Below, one piece after another: positions 9,688 through 18,864 of a stretch of 64,000 nucleotides of DNA. Positions within the stretch are counted from its first letter, which is position 1; every line of letters begins with the position of its first letter. The DNA is from Enterobacter phage vB_Ent31, in sequence record OR567511.1. One strand, given 5' to 3'. A program made the translations under genes and the position numbers. The notes under the pieces are model-generated. The model did no database searches, had not been told where the DNA came from, and was given only the letters and a program-made list of their open reading frames with translations.

Positions 9688-10152
9688 TCAAAATTTCCTT
9701 GAGTTAAATTCAAGTTGAGCTTCAAGCCAACGAATATAATCTGCAGCAGCTTGCATCAAATCGTATTCTTCAGAATCACAATTTTCTTGACCAGCCATTT
9801 TATAGAGCTGCGCAGTGATATCTTTTCCGTTAAAAAGGTTACGAGGGATATCTTCAGAAGAGCCATATTGGTCAGAAGAAAGTTCTTCAAGTTCTTCTAA
9901 ATGGTCAATCTCATCAGAATAGAAGCACCAGAACCATGAATCTTGTCCGCTGATTTCTGGATGAGTAGCAGTTTTAACATGAACATAAGGGCCGTTCTTA
10001 AATTGAACAGAAGTCATGCCAGTTGATTCGCCTACTTTACTGATGCTAAGAACTTTAAATTCTGCGCCCTTAACAAATTCAGGGAATTGAGAAAGTAGCT
10101 CTTCATCTTCTGCAATAACACGAAAAACTTTATTCAGGAAACTCATATCCAA
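9688..10152 (-). CDS. hypothetical acidic protein (154 aa), in the T4 pin/49.x position
   Basis: ORF track. No motif recognised. Confidence 0.5.
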   Translation of the reverse strand: MDMSFLNKVFRVIAEDEELLSQFPEFVKGAEFKVLSISKVGESTGMTSVQFKNGPYVHVKTATHPEISGQDSWFWCFYSDEIDHLEELEELSSDQYGSSEDIPRNLFNGKDITAQLYKMAGQENCDSEEYDLMQAAADYIRWLEAQLEFNSRKF

Positions 10153-10260
10153 ACTCCATATCGATTAATTCATTGTTGGTAGGTTCATTATAATCATCTT
10201 CAGGAAAGCGTTCTTCTTCCTCTGGCTCGAGGGTTTCCCATCGAGCCGCATACCAAGGTT

Positions 10261-10572
10261 TTAGAGCGTAACCCATTCTGTGATAGTCTTAGTTACTTCA
10301 CGTTCGCGTTTTTCAACTAACGATACATCAGGTTCCATGTAGTACCAATCAGTATGATACGAACCAGAACGAGTTTCATTTACAGCAACGTGTACGTCAT
10401 GCTTCTTGCTGTAGTAAACTACTTGACGATATTGATACTTGTGATTCTGAGTCCATTCATCATGGTCTACTTCTTCAAGATAATCGGAATCTTCAAAGTC
10501 ATAATACTCTGAATGCCCATCATGGTCTTCCATGATTTCTTTCAGAATTTTTTCTTTCATTTCAGAAATCAT
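10261..10572 (-). CDS. hypothetical protein (103 aa), His/Tyr/Asp-rich
   Basis: ORF track. Confidence 0.5.
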   Translation of the reverse strand: MISEMKEKILKEIMEDHDGHSEYYDFEDSDYLEEVDHDEWTQNHKYQYRQVVYYSKKHDVHVAVNETRSGSYHTDWYYMEPDVSLVEKREREVTKTITEWVTL

Positions 10573-10741
10573 TATTCACCTCGTAAAGTTTCAAGAACTT
10601 CATCATCAACCCAAGATTCTAAACCACTTGGAAGAGAACGTTCGACTTCCCAAAGTAAAGCTTCGCATTCGCGAAGACGAGCAAGCTCAGCAGAGCAAAT
10701 TACTTCTTCTGTCTTTGGGTCAATCAATACAGAGTTCAGAC

Positions 10742-11038
10742 TCATTTCAAATATTCCTTCAATTCAGTAAATCCACCGATAGGCGAACCTTTTTCATCAA
10801 AAATCTGGGGCATTGTCAGACCAACACGAGATGGTCTATTCAAACGCGTCAGAAGCTCAGAGATAACTTCTTCATTAAAGATTGGTGTACCATCTTCATT
10901 ATTACCTGAAGTCACAGAGATGAACTCGTAATCTTTACGTTTAGCATCTAACAGACGCTTAGAGTTAATGCATGGAACACATTTAAAATGCTTGCTGTCG
11001 TAACCGAAAACCTTGAATGTCACTAGAGATGTCCTCAA
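10742..11038 (-). CDS. nrdC: thioredoxin/glutaredoxin for aerobic RNR
   Basis: FKVFGYDS.HFKCVPCINSKRLL...GLTMPQIFDEKGSPIGGFTELKEYLK aligns with T4 NrdC (MFKVYGYDSNIHKCVYCDNAKRLL...GLTMPQVF...GGFDQLREYFK). The start codon is uncertain and a non-ATG start is possible. Confidence 0.8.
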   Translation of the reverse strand: MRTSLVTFKVFGYDSKHFKCVPCINSKRLLDAKRKDYEFISVTSGNNEDGTPIFNEEVISELLTRLNRPSRVGLTMPQIFDEKGSPIGGFTELKEYLK

Positions 11039-11276
11039 TAACTGATGAGACTACTTTATCGTAGTCGGGATGATTTTGTGTGCGATGGTCCCATTTAACA
11101 CCAAGACGTTTTGCAACTTCACGGTTAATTGATCCAAACGCAAATGAATGAGCACGGGTTAAAGCACTCTTCAAAACTGAATAAGAATCCGGCATTTTAC
11201 CATGGTCTTTATGATAAGCTACCATCATTCGGAGGAGGCTGTCTTCAGCCTCAATCATATATTCTTTACGGCTCAT
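10983..11276 (-). CDS. hypothetical protein (97 aa)
   Basis: ORF track. nrdC.x-like small early ORF. Confidence 0.5.
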   Translation of the reverse strand: MSRKEYMIEAEDSLLRMMVAYHKDHGKMPDSYSVLKSALTRAHSFAFGSINREVAKRLGVKWDHRTQNHPDYDKVVSSVIEDISSDIQGFRLRQQAF

Positions 11277-11566
11277 AGTTCTTTCAATCTCTTATAAGAC
11301 TCGTGAGCTGCAACAGCAATCTTTTCACTCATTGGAAGAGAAGTGTTAGGCTGACTATTCAATTGATGGTATGCATATGTTTTGAACATTATAACATCAA
11401 AATCAATTGAAGCGTGAAGAGAACGATGGACATGGTCCATGTTAAGATTTTCACCTTTTTCTTCAGCGTATTGAAGACAAATACGCCCGGCAACTTCACG
11501 AAGCTCTTTAAACAGAGATTTCATCTCTTCAGTTTCAGAAATAGCACTACTTTGAAATGGATTCAT
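11273..11566 (-). CDS. hypothetical protein (97 aa)
   Basis: ORF track. 4-nt overlap coupling. Confidence 0.5.
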   Translation of the reverse strand: MNPFQSSAISETEEMKSLFKELREVAGRICLQYAEEKGENLNMDHVHRSLHASIDFDVIMFKTYAYHQLNSQPNTSLPMSEKIAVAAHESYKRLKEL

Positions 11567-11898
11567 TTGACCGCCTTAACACCAGGAACGTTGCGGATGA
11601 CTTCTAACACTTCGTCAAAATCGTCTTTGTTGACTGTGACCACAATAGTGCGAGTTGTTTGCTTCTTTTTCCAACGCTTAAAGAAAGTTTCTAAACGAAG
11701 GTCATGAGCTGTAAAACTGTCTTCATCATTTTTATAGACGTAACCAGACTCAATTGTAACTACTGCATCTGGAGCTGGGTCTTCATAATCTTCAACTTCT
11801 ACACCATCAAACAGAATCAGTGTATCGTCATGATAATAGCCTTCCCAGAAGGCTTCATCGTTGTAGAATTCTTTCCAAAGCGCGCCAGTAGTTTTCAT
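11563..11898 (-). CDS. hypothetical protein (111 aa)
   Basis: ORF track. Coupled. Confidence 0.5.
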   Translation of the reverse strand: MKTTGALWKEFYNDEAFWEGYYHDDTLILFDGVEVEDYEDPAPDAVVTIESGYVYKNDEDSFTAHDLRLETFFKRWKKKQTTRTIVVTVNKDDFDEVLEVIRNVPGVKAVK

Positions 11899-11983
11899 TT
11901 CTTCACCTCAGGGAAAGCGGCAGCGATACGTTCAGCAATTGCTTTGTAAAGCATATCACCGAAGTGATTATTCATACGAGCTG

Positions 11984-12241
11984 TCATTTTAATTCCTTCA
12001 CAAATTTATGAAAACAAATTCGGCATTTCATCTGAAGTTGAGGAGTCTGCCAGTTAACTAATTGTACTTGAATACTATCACACTTTGGGCAAGGCGTAAC
12101 TTGTTTAGCTGCTGCTTCACGTCGTTCAACCATTTCCATCATCGCTTCCCAGCGAGTAGCGGCCAGAAGCCGCTCCATTCCTTCAGGGTCATCTAAAATT
12201 TCTTGACTTAAGTCAATATCTTCATGTAATTGCTTTTTCAT
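11984..12241 (-). CDS. hypothetical Cys-containing protein (85 aa; CPKC...CRIC zinc-ribbon-like)
   Basis: ORF track. Two CxxC pairs. Confidence 0.5.
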   Translation of the reverse strand: MKKQLHEDIDLSQEILDDPEGMERLLAATRWEAMMEMVERREAAAKQVTPCPKCDSIQVQLVNWQTPQLQMKCRICFHKFVKELK

Positions 12242-13302
12242 ACGCCAGCCTTAGGTTCAGAAATAACTTCTAATGAGATTCGCAGTGTTTCCATTTGGCG
12301 TTTCAGCTGAATAGTACGTGAACTGATTCGTGAAACTTCGTCATTAAGATTACGCTTTTTCGTTTCAAGTTCATTGAACTCTTTTTCAAGCTCGTTAATT
12401 TTCGCTTTAATAACTTTGCCTGCATCTACAGGAGTTTCAACAATTTCTTTGACTGTGTTAGGAGTCACAATTGGCTCTTCTGGAGCAACGAAATCTTCCT
12501 TTTTCTTAATATTCAAGTTAACCATAATTTGATGCTGACGTGGTGTTTCAACAACAAGATTATGGAAACGCACAATATTCATTCGTTTAAGAGCTGAAAT
12601 AATCTGCTTAGAGATTCGTTCCATATCACCATTTTCACGGTGTCCAGACCGAATAACGATTGTCATTACATCATCACTTTCTTCAATAAATGAAATTGTT
12701 GGAATAGTCCATTTACTAGTTGAAAGCATGAAGTTAGTTTTAGCTTTGTCGTTTTCAGTCAGAAAAGCTGCACCCAAACGTAACAGACGAGGAAACTCAA
12801 AAGAAAACTGATTAATGATGAAATTAACAGCGCTTTGATTATGCATTTTATTCGTGTGCACATTAGTCTTATCACCATCAGCGTTATAATAAAGAGCATT
12901 GTATTCGTCAGGAGCTTGCATTAAGTAATGACGAAGACGGTTATTTGCTTTAACACGGCGGAGAATTCCACTGGTGCGTAGTACATCAATCCAGGCGTCG
13001 GGTTTATTAGCATCTCCAGCAGATATTCGCGCAGCGTTGATGCGAGCATCAATTCCCATTTTACCAAATTCAGTGTTTAAAATGGTTGAAATCCACTGAC
13101 GAATACATCCAAGTTTTTCAATTCGGTCAGCTCGTAATCCTTCGCCTGGGACGAAGTTGAAAGACGTTTCAGCATTAGCAATAAGTTCTTTGATGTAAGT
13201 ATTGAAATTGTTGTTGGTCAACACATTTACTAATTTCATTTCTATTCCTTCATTGTCAGGCGTAAGATTTGATTGAGAATCCGTGAAACCATTATACATC
13301 AC
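12238..13302 (-). CDS. hypothetical protein (354 aa) with C-terminal coiled coil
   Basis: Long ORF. C-terminal region ...KINELEKEFNELETKKRNLNDEVSRISSRTIQLKRQMETLRISLE is heptad-like. No catalytic motif recognised. Confidence 0.6.
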   Translation of the reverse strand: MMYNGFTDSQSNLTPDNEGIEMKLVNVLTNNNFNTYIKELIANAETSFNFVPGEGLRADRIEKLGCIRQWISTILNTEFGKMGIDARINAARISAGDANKPDAWIDVLRTSGILRRVKANNRLRHYLMQAPDEYNALYYNADGDKTNVHTNKMHNQSAVNFIINQFSFEFPRLLRLGAAFLTENDKAKTNFMLSTSKWTIPTISFIEESDDVMTIVIRSGHRENGDMERISKQIISALKRMNIVRFHNLVVETPRQHQIMVNLNIKKKEDFVAPEEPIVTPNTVKEIVETPVDAGKVIKAKINELEKEFNELETKKRNLNDEVSRISSRTIQLKRQMETLRISLEVISEPKAGV

Positions 13303-13315
13303 GGATTTTAAAGCA

Positions 13316-13522
13316 TTAATCGAAGATGATTGCGCAAATCCAAAACAGCGGCCAAGTTGCTACTTTAAGGATAAAAATAACCCAAACCACTGGCCAAAGC
13401 ATCATAATAAATGCAGCAGTATCACCATCAATGTCGATGAACCAGTCTTCTACAAGCTTAAAGAATCCAGTTGATACTGCGCCGATGGCCAAGTAAACCA
13501 GAATAGCTCCTACGATTTCCAT
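13316..13522 (-). CDS. small membrane protein (68 aa, two TM helices)
   Basis: Very hydrophobic ORF (IVGAILVYLAIGAV...WPVVWVIFILKVATWPLFWICAIIF). Confidence 0.5.
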   Translation of the reverse strand: MEIVGAILVYLAIGAVSTGFFKLVEDWFIDIDGDTAAFIMMLWPVVWVIFILKVATWPLFWICAIIFD

Positions 13523-13947
13523 AGTATTTCTCTCGCTTCAATGATACGAAGTTGTGCTTGCTTGTAAGTATACACTGCTTCTTTTAGTTGAGCATTTGAA
13601 ACTTGAAGATGGTCTTTATACCACTTGTTCAAGTCCTGATGCTTTTTAAAAGTTTCAACCAGTTTGTTATTTGATTCAATTAAAGCTTCTTGAAGTTTAT
13701 CAAAAGTCTTTTCAATAACTTCGCGCTTTACTGAACCGTCATAGTTCAATTTACAAAGAATGTTAGCATGACGCCAAATTTCTCTGAGTTCTCCAAGGAC
13801 GTTTTTCTTATCACCCCAAGTGAACTTATAAAGCTCTTCACAAATAGCTTCCGCCTGCTTTTCTGCTTTACTTTTAGCCATTCCAGCGTAGATATAAGCA
13901 GGAGGATAAAGGGCCGTGTTATCGACCCAGTTAGAAAGAATCAGCAT
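13510..13947 (-). CDS. hypothetical protein (145 aa)
   Basis: ORF track. Confidence 0.5.
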   Translation of the reverse strand: MLILSNWVDNTALYPPAYIYAGMAKSKAEKQAEAICEELYKFTWGDKKNVLGELREIWRHANILCKLNYDGSVKREVIEKTFDKLQEALIESNNKLVETFKKHQDLNKWYKDHLQVSNAQLKEAVYTYKQAQLRIIEAREILWKS

Positions 13948-14717
13948 ATAACCACCTTAGTTGGACGCTTAAAGAATGAATGAGTGCTATCGTCTTTAGC
14001 ATGTTCAAAAGTTGCAGAGAATTCAATGACTCCACGATAATCCATCGGAACTGCTTTTGGCAGAGAGCCGTAGACCGTTGCACCGTTTTCAAGACGGACA
14101 GTCATTTTGACTTGCATCCCGTAATAATCTTCCCAGCACTTAACTGAGACGACTTTACCTTTAACTACTTGCTTACCAGTAGGTGCTTCGCCTTTGTTCT
14201 TTTTGAACGATTCATACAGTTCATCAAAGAACTTCTTAGAAGCTTCTTGAATAGCTACAAGAATGTTCTTATGAGCTCTGACTTCAACCATCATAACGGT
14301 GGTGAAATCTTCAAGTTCCCAACGTTTGTAAGGTTCACGGACCTCGATAGGATGTCCGTAAAGTTTAAGTTCAACATACATTGCTGCAGTTAAACGAAGT
14401 TTCCACCATCCATGGTCTCTTGTGTACTCTGGTTTGTCAAAGTAATCAAGTTCCGTAACGTATGGAAGATAACTACCAGCGTGATATGCTTCCACTTCGC
14501 CTAAATCATTTTCCCAGAGATAACCATCGAACGGAGCATGTGGACGATCATCAATTCCCCAGGTTGGAGCAACCACCTTATCAAATCCTTCACGACCGTA
14601 GTGGGTCTTCGCCCATCCAGCATTCAATTCCAAAGCGCGTTCTTCAACTTTCGCTCGGCGTGCTGCATGTGCTTTACGATTTTCATCTAAGATTGAGTCG
14701 ATGATTTCAGTTAGCAT
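13941..14717 (-). CDS. hypothetical protein (~259 aa; start moved to MLTEIIDS)
   Basis: An early promoter (-35 at 14771-14777) and an RBS precede the ATG at 14717. The ORF-track start at 14795 lies upstream of that promoter. Confidence 0.55.
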   Translation of the reverse strand: MLTEIIDSILDENRKAHAARRAKVEERALELNAGWAKTHYGREGFDKVVAPTWGIDDRPHAPFDGYLWENDLGEVEAYHAGSYLPYVTELDYFDKPEYTRDHGWWKLRLTAAMYVELKLYGHPIEVREPYKRWELEDFTTVMMVEVRAHKNILVAIQEASKKFFDELYESFKKNKGEAPTGKQVVKGKVVSVKCWEDYYGMQVKMTVRLENGATVYGSLPKAVPMDYRGVIEFSATFEHAKDDSTHSFFKRPTKVVIC

Positions 14718-14741
14718 TTTGTTTCTCCGTTGGTTGATTAC

Positions 14742-14778
14742 GAGACTATCATATACTAACTTTTTAGTGTTGTAAACG
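14742..14778 (-). promoter_or_regulatory. T4-type early promoter for gene 13941..14717
   Basis: Minus-strand CCGTTTACA (14779-14771) then TATATGATAG. Immediately downstream of the 32-bp repeat and terminator. Confidence 0.6.
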
Positions 14779-14787
14779 GTTGAATGC

Positions 14788-14819
14788 GGATTCACCAGAA
14801 CGGTTGAGAGGAACTTTCT
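14788..14819 (-). repeat. 32-bp exact repeat GGATTCACCAGAACGGTTGAGAGGAACTTTCT, copy 1 (between terminator and early promoter)
   Basis: Identical 32-mer at 37608..37639. Flanking sequence is also similar over ~100 bp. Confidence 0.8.
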
Positions 14820-14849
14820 TGGGAGGGATGATAAATCATATTACGAGGA

Positions 14850-14878
14850 TACAAAAATGCCCCAGCGAAGCCGGGGCG
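14850..14878 (-). terminator. intrinsic terminator after gene 14883..15311
   Basis: Minus strand GCCCCGGC-ttc-GCTGGGGC followed by ATTTTTGTAT. Confidence 0.7.
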
Positions 14879-14882
14879 AACT

Positions 14883-15311
14883 TTAGTGATAAGCTGGAGC
14901 ATTAGGGTCGCCAGAAAACCACACAGACTTTTCTATAACAGCTGTTTGCAATTGATTGTTATAAAGAGTCTCATTAATAATTTTTTCCATCTCAAACAAA
15001 TGCGCAGCTTGCAACTGCTCGCGGTCCATTGCGATTAGAGCTTTACATTTTTCTTTCATATAAGTTCGTTTGCCAATCTGTCTTCCTACCAATGGCACTT
15101 CACTTCCCAATTTAAGCCAGTTATTAAAAGCAGCATCCGTAGAGTTTTTATATTCTACTATAGAATCAGTCATACGATTATAAAAGTCTAATTTTGCTTC
15201 TCTATTGTTCTTTCGAAGCATTTCCAAAGCTGTAGATTTCAAACTCATCGCTTCCACTCCTCTGTTCGACCTATTCGGTCGGGGTGACAATTCCAGAAAT
15301 AGTCCTTGCAC
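14883..15311 (-). CDS. hypothetical protein (142 aa or shorter from MSLKS)
   Basis: ORF track. Followed by a strong intrinsic terminator. Confidence 0.5.
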   Translation of the reverse strand: MQGLFLELSPRPNRSNRGVEAMSLKSTALEMLRKNNREAKLDFYNRMTDSIVEYKNSTDAAFNNWLKLGSEVPLVGRQIGKRTYMKEKCKALIAMDREQLQAAHLFEMEKIINETLYNNQLQTAVIEKSVWFSGDPNAPAYH

Positions 15312-15661
15312 TTATTTCCATTAGTGCGGCAGAACTTTTGCTGGTACGATTTCTTTTTAAACGGCTCACCACAGCTTGGACACACAAGTGTAGAACCAAC
15401 TTTCATTAATGCATTATTCCGGTAGATAGGTTCCATAATATCGTACCGGGTTGTTGGCTTCTGCCCTTTAGCACTTTTACTACTATGCTTTCCTTTTCCA
15501 TTTTTGTTCTGTCGCTGAGCATCACTAAGAAGTCTGAGGACTTCAATTCGCTCGCCATGCAAGTTGATGGGTCGAGGTTCATATCCATATTCTTCATTTT
15601 CATAGTCCTCGTCTTCATAATCATCATACCAATCGTTGAGTTCATCTAATCCGTAGCCCAT
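15245..15661 (-). CDS. hypothetical protein with C-terminal zinc ribbon (138 aa)
   Basis: CPSCGEPF...CRTNGNKCKDYFWNCH. Acidic N-terminus. Confidence 0.5.
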   Translation of the reverse strand: MGYGLDELNDWYDDYEDEDYENEEYGYEPRPINLHGERIEVLRLLSDAQRQNKNGKGKHSSKSAKGQKPTTRYDIMEPIYRNNALMKVGSTLVCPSCGEPFKKKSYQQKFCRTNGNKCKDYFWNCHPDRIGRTEEWKR

Positions 15662-15876
15662 TATTTACCTGCAATTAAAACGACAACCATGAAAATAATC
15701 CAGAATGGATAAAACAAAACCATAGACCATTCTGCTAAACATTTAACCACTTTCTGTTTAGCGGTGTGACAGCTTGATGCCGGCATTCCAAGACACCAAG
15801 CGAAAGTGCTGGCAAAGAAAACTCCGCCAAGTAAATAAATTGCAATAGCTATTGCAATAAGAATCGGAGTTACCAT
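15661..15876 (-). CDS. small membrane protein (71 aa)
   Basis: Two hydrophobic helices. Confidence 0.5.
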   Translation of the reverse strand: MVTPILIAIAIAIYLLGGVFFASTFAWCLGMPASSCHTAKQKVVKCLAEWSMVLFYPFWIIFMVVVLIAGK

Positions 15877-16055
15877 AAGTCTTTCCTTAGTAGATTTTCA
15901 ACATCGCTTCTGTAAATGGATGAAGAAGTTATAAGTTCATCGCCAAATTTCACTTCAACCTCTAACGTTCCAAATAATGAATCATTGCGAACTTCTATTG
16001 TTAAGTTCTCTTTAAGCATTTCTTTTAATAATGCTCGAATCTCTTCAGGGTTCAT
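15870..16055 (-). CDS. hypothetical protein (61 aa)
   Basis: ORF track. Coupled. Confidence 0.4.
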   Translation of the reverse strand: MNPEEIRALLKEMLKENLTIEVRNDSLFGTLEVEVKFGDELITSSSIYRSDVENLLRKDLW

Positions 16056-16555
16056 AATTTCACCTCAACTCGTTCTTTGCTTTTAACGCCTTTCCCATTA
16101 TCAGAATATTTGCGTTCCATAACAAAATCATATGGGTCATCAATGTCCATACGCATCCAGAAAACACCGAGCTGAATATTCTTAGGGTTACAATTTTCTG
16201 AAGCTGTGCAACGCCCTTGGTCACGACGAGTATAACGATGACAACCATTTTCGTCCATGATAGTTTCATAACCAGTGCGACGGTCCGGGCCAAGGTCTTT
16301 GAATTTCGTCATCAAGACTTTATCACCAGATAGAGTTTCGTAAGTCCAACCTTCTTCGAAATAAGATGGATTTCCGTCTTTTGATTGAACCATAACAATA
16401 ACGTCTTCAATGTTCTGGTCATCATTATAAGTGCCAAGATGCCATACAGCTTGATATTGATTCTCAGCTTTTACAGTTGCTACACGGAACTTTTCGTCCC
16501 AAATACCGTTGACAAAACGCTTAAATTTAATTTCATAAGTGATTAATTTACTCAT
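16052..16555 (-). CDS. hypothetical protein (167 aa)
   Basis: ORF track. Confidence 0.55.
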   Translation of the reverse strand: MSKLITYEIKFKRFVNGIWDEKFRVATVKAENQYQAVWHLGTYNDDQNIEDVIVMVQSKDGNPSYFEEGWTYETLSGDKVLMTKFKDLGPDRRTGYETIMDENGCHRYTRRDQGRCTASENCNPKNIQLGVFWMRMDIDDPYDFVMERKYSDNGKGVKSKERVEVKL

Positions 16556-16565
16556 TATAATTTCC

Positions 16566-16916
16566 TCAGATTAAGCCTAATGCACGTTTTTCTTCGGGGT
16601 TCAATTTAGATAAAGCATATTGTTTTACTTTTTCTAAACGAGCAACTCGTTCTGCTTCTGTTTCAGTGCGAATTTCAAAACCATCTTTCTTTAAGAAAGA
16701 AAGTTTGCTTCCGTCTTCAAAGGTAAGTGTCAAAGCTTTGACAGGCTGACGGTCAACAGTACCATTTGAACCATACCAAGATTTACCAGCGACACTCTCT
16801 TCAGCTTTAAAGTAAGAGTCATAGTAACCATAAACTTCTGAGCGGCGGTCGTCTGGCGAAATTCTGGCGACATATACATCACTTTCTTTTACACTGATTA
16901 CTTTCATTGTACCCAC
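16566..16916 (-). CDS. hypothetical protein (116 aa)
   Basis: ORF track. Confidence 0.5.
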   Translation of the reverse strand: MGTMKVISVKESDVYVARISPDDRRSEVYGYYDSYFKAEESVAGKSWYGSNGTVDRQPVKALTLTFEDGSKLSFLKKDGFEIRTETEAERVARLEKVKQYALSKLNPEEKRALGLI

Positions 16917-17088
16917 TCTCCATTTTCGTCGATATAATTAATCCAGTTTGAAATGGTCCAAGAAGAAGTATTTCCTTTAGGAACATCAACAATATACATT
17001 CCGCTTTTAAATAAAATTCGCTTTACATCATTGGAAATTAAAGAAGCCATAATATTTTCCTCAATTGGGGCTTTCGCCCCGTGGTTGA

Positions 17089-18066
17089 TTATTTCAGCAT
17101 AGTTACTTCAGCAATTTCAGTCCAGTTTTTCTCGTCAGTAGCGACGAAATCTGCCAGGTAAAGAGCTGTGCGGAGAGATACATTACGAAGACGATTAACG
17201 TTGTTTTGCATAAATGCCAGAACGTCAAGTACTTGGTAATGCTTTAATCCGCGGTTCTGCAACATGTCGGTTGTCATAATAACATCTTCAACACGAGACA
17301 TGATTTCTTCATTTGTGTGAACACCGAGGTCCAGATAAACAGAACGAGATACCAAAGCAGAAAGATGCGGAGCTAATTTGCTACCACGTTCTAATTCTTT
17401 GTCAATATCAACGTTAGTGATGAATACGATAGTACCTTCAAATTCAAATTCGTTTGGAATATCTTTTTCTTCCAGGAAAGCAGAAGCGGTTGACCAGCAA
17501 ACTTTACGTTTTTCGCCAGAATCAAGAGCAGCTTTCAGAAGATTCAAGATGTCCATATCAGAAAATACGTCCACATCATCAATAAGCAGAACAGAATTTG
17601 AATGGCGAGATTCCCAAAGACGGCAGTAAAGACCGATACCAGAAATCTTACCATTAACCATTTTGTATTCAATATCACCACGAGCATCTGCTTTAGTTAA
17701 TGCTTTGTCCAAGGAGAAAGTCTTACCGATACCAGCAGCACCTGAGATAATCAGTGAACGAATGTTCCCGTTAACCAGACCAGCAGTCATTAACCCCATA
17801 ACGTTGAAGCGTTTAGCGATACGTGCTTTCATTTCTTCAACAGATTCGGTCAGAACTTCTTTAGCTTCTTGACCTTCAATTTTGTAATCACCGTGGAAAA
17901 CCCATACTCCGCGTTTCTTACCATCGATGTTTACGAATACTTTACCATCACCCTGAGCAGCGTCAGATTCTGATAAATCTTTTGGGAACCACTGATCAAT
18001 GAATTCAAAAGTACCAGAAATTTCTTTACCGAAGTTAGTACCTTTAGCGATAGTGATGGTTTTCAT
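17089..18066 (-). CDS. AAA+/RecA-like P-loop ATPase with ~100-aa N-terminal domain
   Basis: Walker A SGAAGIGKTFS and Walker B VLLIDDVD. 325 aa. Own early promoter at 18098-18134. No T4 core homolog recognised at this position. Confidence 0.7.
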   Translation of the reverse strand: MKTITIAKGTNFGKEISGTFEFIDQWFPKDLSESDAAQGDGKVFVNIDGKKRGVWVFHGDYKIEGQEAKEVLTESVEEMKARIAKRFNVMGLMTAGLVNGNIRSLIISGAAGIGKTFSLDKALTKADARGDIEYKMVNGKISGIGLYCRLWESRHSNSVLLIDDVDVFSDMDILNLLKAALDSGEKRKVCWSTASAFLEEKDIPNEFEFEGTIVFITNVDIDKELERGSKLAPHLSALVSRSVYLDLGVHTNEEIMSRVEDVIMTTDMLQNRGLKHYQVLDVLAFMQNNVNRLRNVSLRTALYLADFVATDEKNWTEIAEVTMLK

Positions 18067-18097
18067 TTTGTTCTCCGAGTTTCTATTTGTTTGGTAT

Positions 18098-18134
18098 GAG
18101 GTAATAGTATCATCATCTCATACCGTTGTAAACA
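18098..18134 (-). promoter_or_regulatory. T4-type early promoter for the AAA+ ATPase gene
   Basis: Minus-strand GTTTACA (18133-18127) then GATGATACTATTAC. Confidence 0.6.
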
Positions 18135-18136
18135 AT

Positions 18137-18400
18137 TTATTTTAATGTCCGCCAAATTTTTACTGCTTCTCGTCGAGAAACTTCTACAGCTCCAAGCTCT
18201 ACAGCTTTTTGACGACGGTCTGCACGCAAGTCATAGTGCTTAATGCGTTTGTCCTGGAACCAAGAACGTTTCATTCCGATTGCTTCTGCTACTTTATGTA
18301 GCTCTTCGATATCTCCATCAGTGAACATGTGACAATTTTTAGTTGGATGACCGCGAAGCTTCCATCCGTGATTCATTAGAACATCCACGTAAACTGTCAT
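18137..18400 (-). CDS. DUF4031-like small protein (87 aa)
   Basis: MTVYVD....HGW......HMF.D...ELH..A..IG.KR.WFQ....HYDL.A..R.KA...GA.EV.RREAV matches my recollection of the conserved DUF4031 pattern. Confidence 0.55.
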   Translation of the reverse strand: MTVYVDVLMNHGWKLRGHPTKNCHMFTDGDIEELHKVAEAIGMKRSWFQDKRIKHYDLRADRRQKAVELGAVEVSRREAVKIWRTLK

Positions 18401-18545
18401 TGGTTTTTCTCCAAATAAGTTTCGATAATTTTCTGGGCGAGATAAACTGCGTTATCTTCGGTTGCATCTTCTAAGAAGCTTTCAAAACATGCTGAAATTT
18501 CTTCTGTGTCAATCAACTTCTTTACTTCAATCGGTGTAGTTTTCA

Positions 18546-18758
18546 TTAGCTTTCCAAAATTTCGTTGATGTAGTAAGGACGAACTGAAGAATTCAGGAAG
18601 AATTCATCTACGAAGTCAATCAGAGCATCTGAAGTACCTTCCAAAACGATGTAATACTTTTCTGAAATTTGCTTTTCAGAAGTGATTTCAACTTTATACT
18701 CCTGTGCTACTGCTTTAGCTTGAGCGATATTTTTAACTACGATTTCTAAAGTTTTCAT
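18546..18758 (-). CDS. hypothetical protein (~71 aa; start moved to MKTLEIV)
   Basis: The early promoter at 18782-18817 and RBS aaaggagaacaaaATG define the start. The ORF-track extension to 18818 overlaps the promoter. Confidence 0.5.
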   Translation of the reverse strand: MKTLEIVVKNIAQAKAVAQEYKVEITSEKQISEKYYIVLEGTSDALIDFVDEFFLNSSVRPYYINEILES

Positions 18759-18781
18759 TTTGTTCTCCTTTGGTTTTGATA

Positions 18782-18817
18782 GTGCTATAATACCATATGC
18801 TATAGCATCTGTAAACA
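18782..18817 (-). promoter_or_regulatory. T4-type early promoter for gene 18546..18758
   Basis: Minus-strand GTGTTTACAG ... GGTATTATAGC. Confidence 0.6.
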
Positions 18818-18837
18818 CTTTTTGAAAACTTTCTTCA

Positions 18838-18864
18838 AAAACAACAAAACCTCCCGAAGGAGGT
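18838..18864 (-). terminator. intrinsic terminator after the membrane ORF 18864..19124
   Basis: Minus strand CCTCC-ttcg-GGAGG followed by TTTTGTTGTTTT. Confidence 0.65.
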
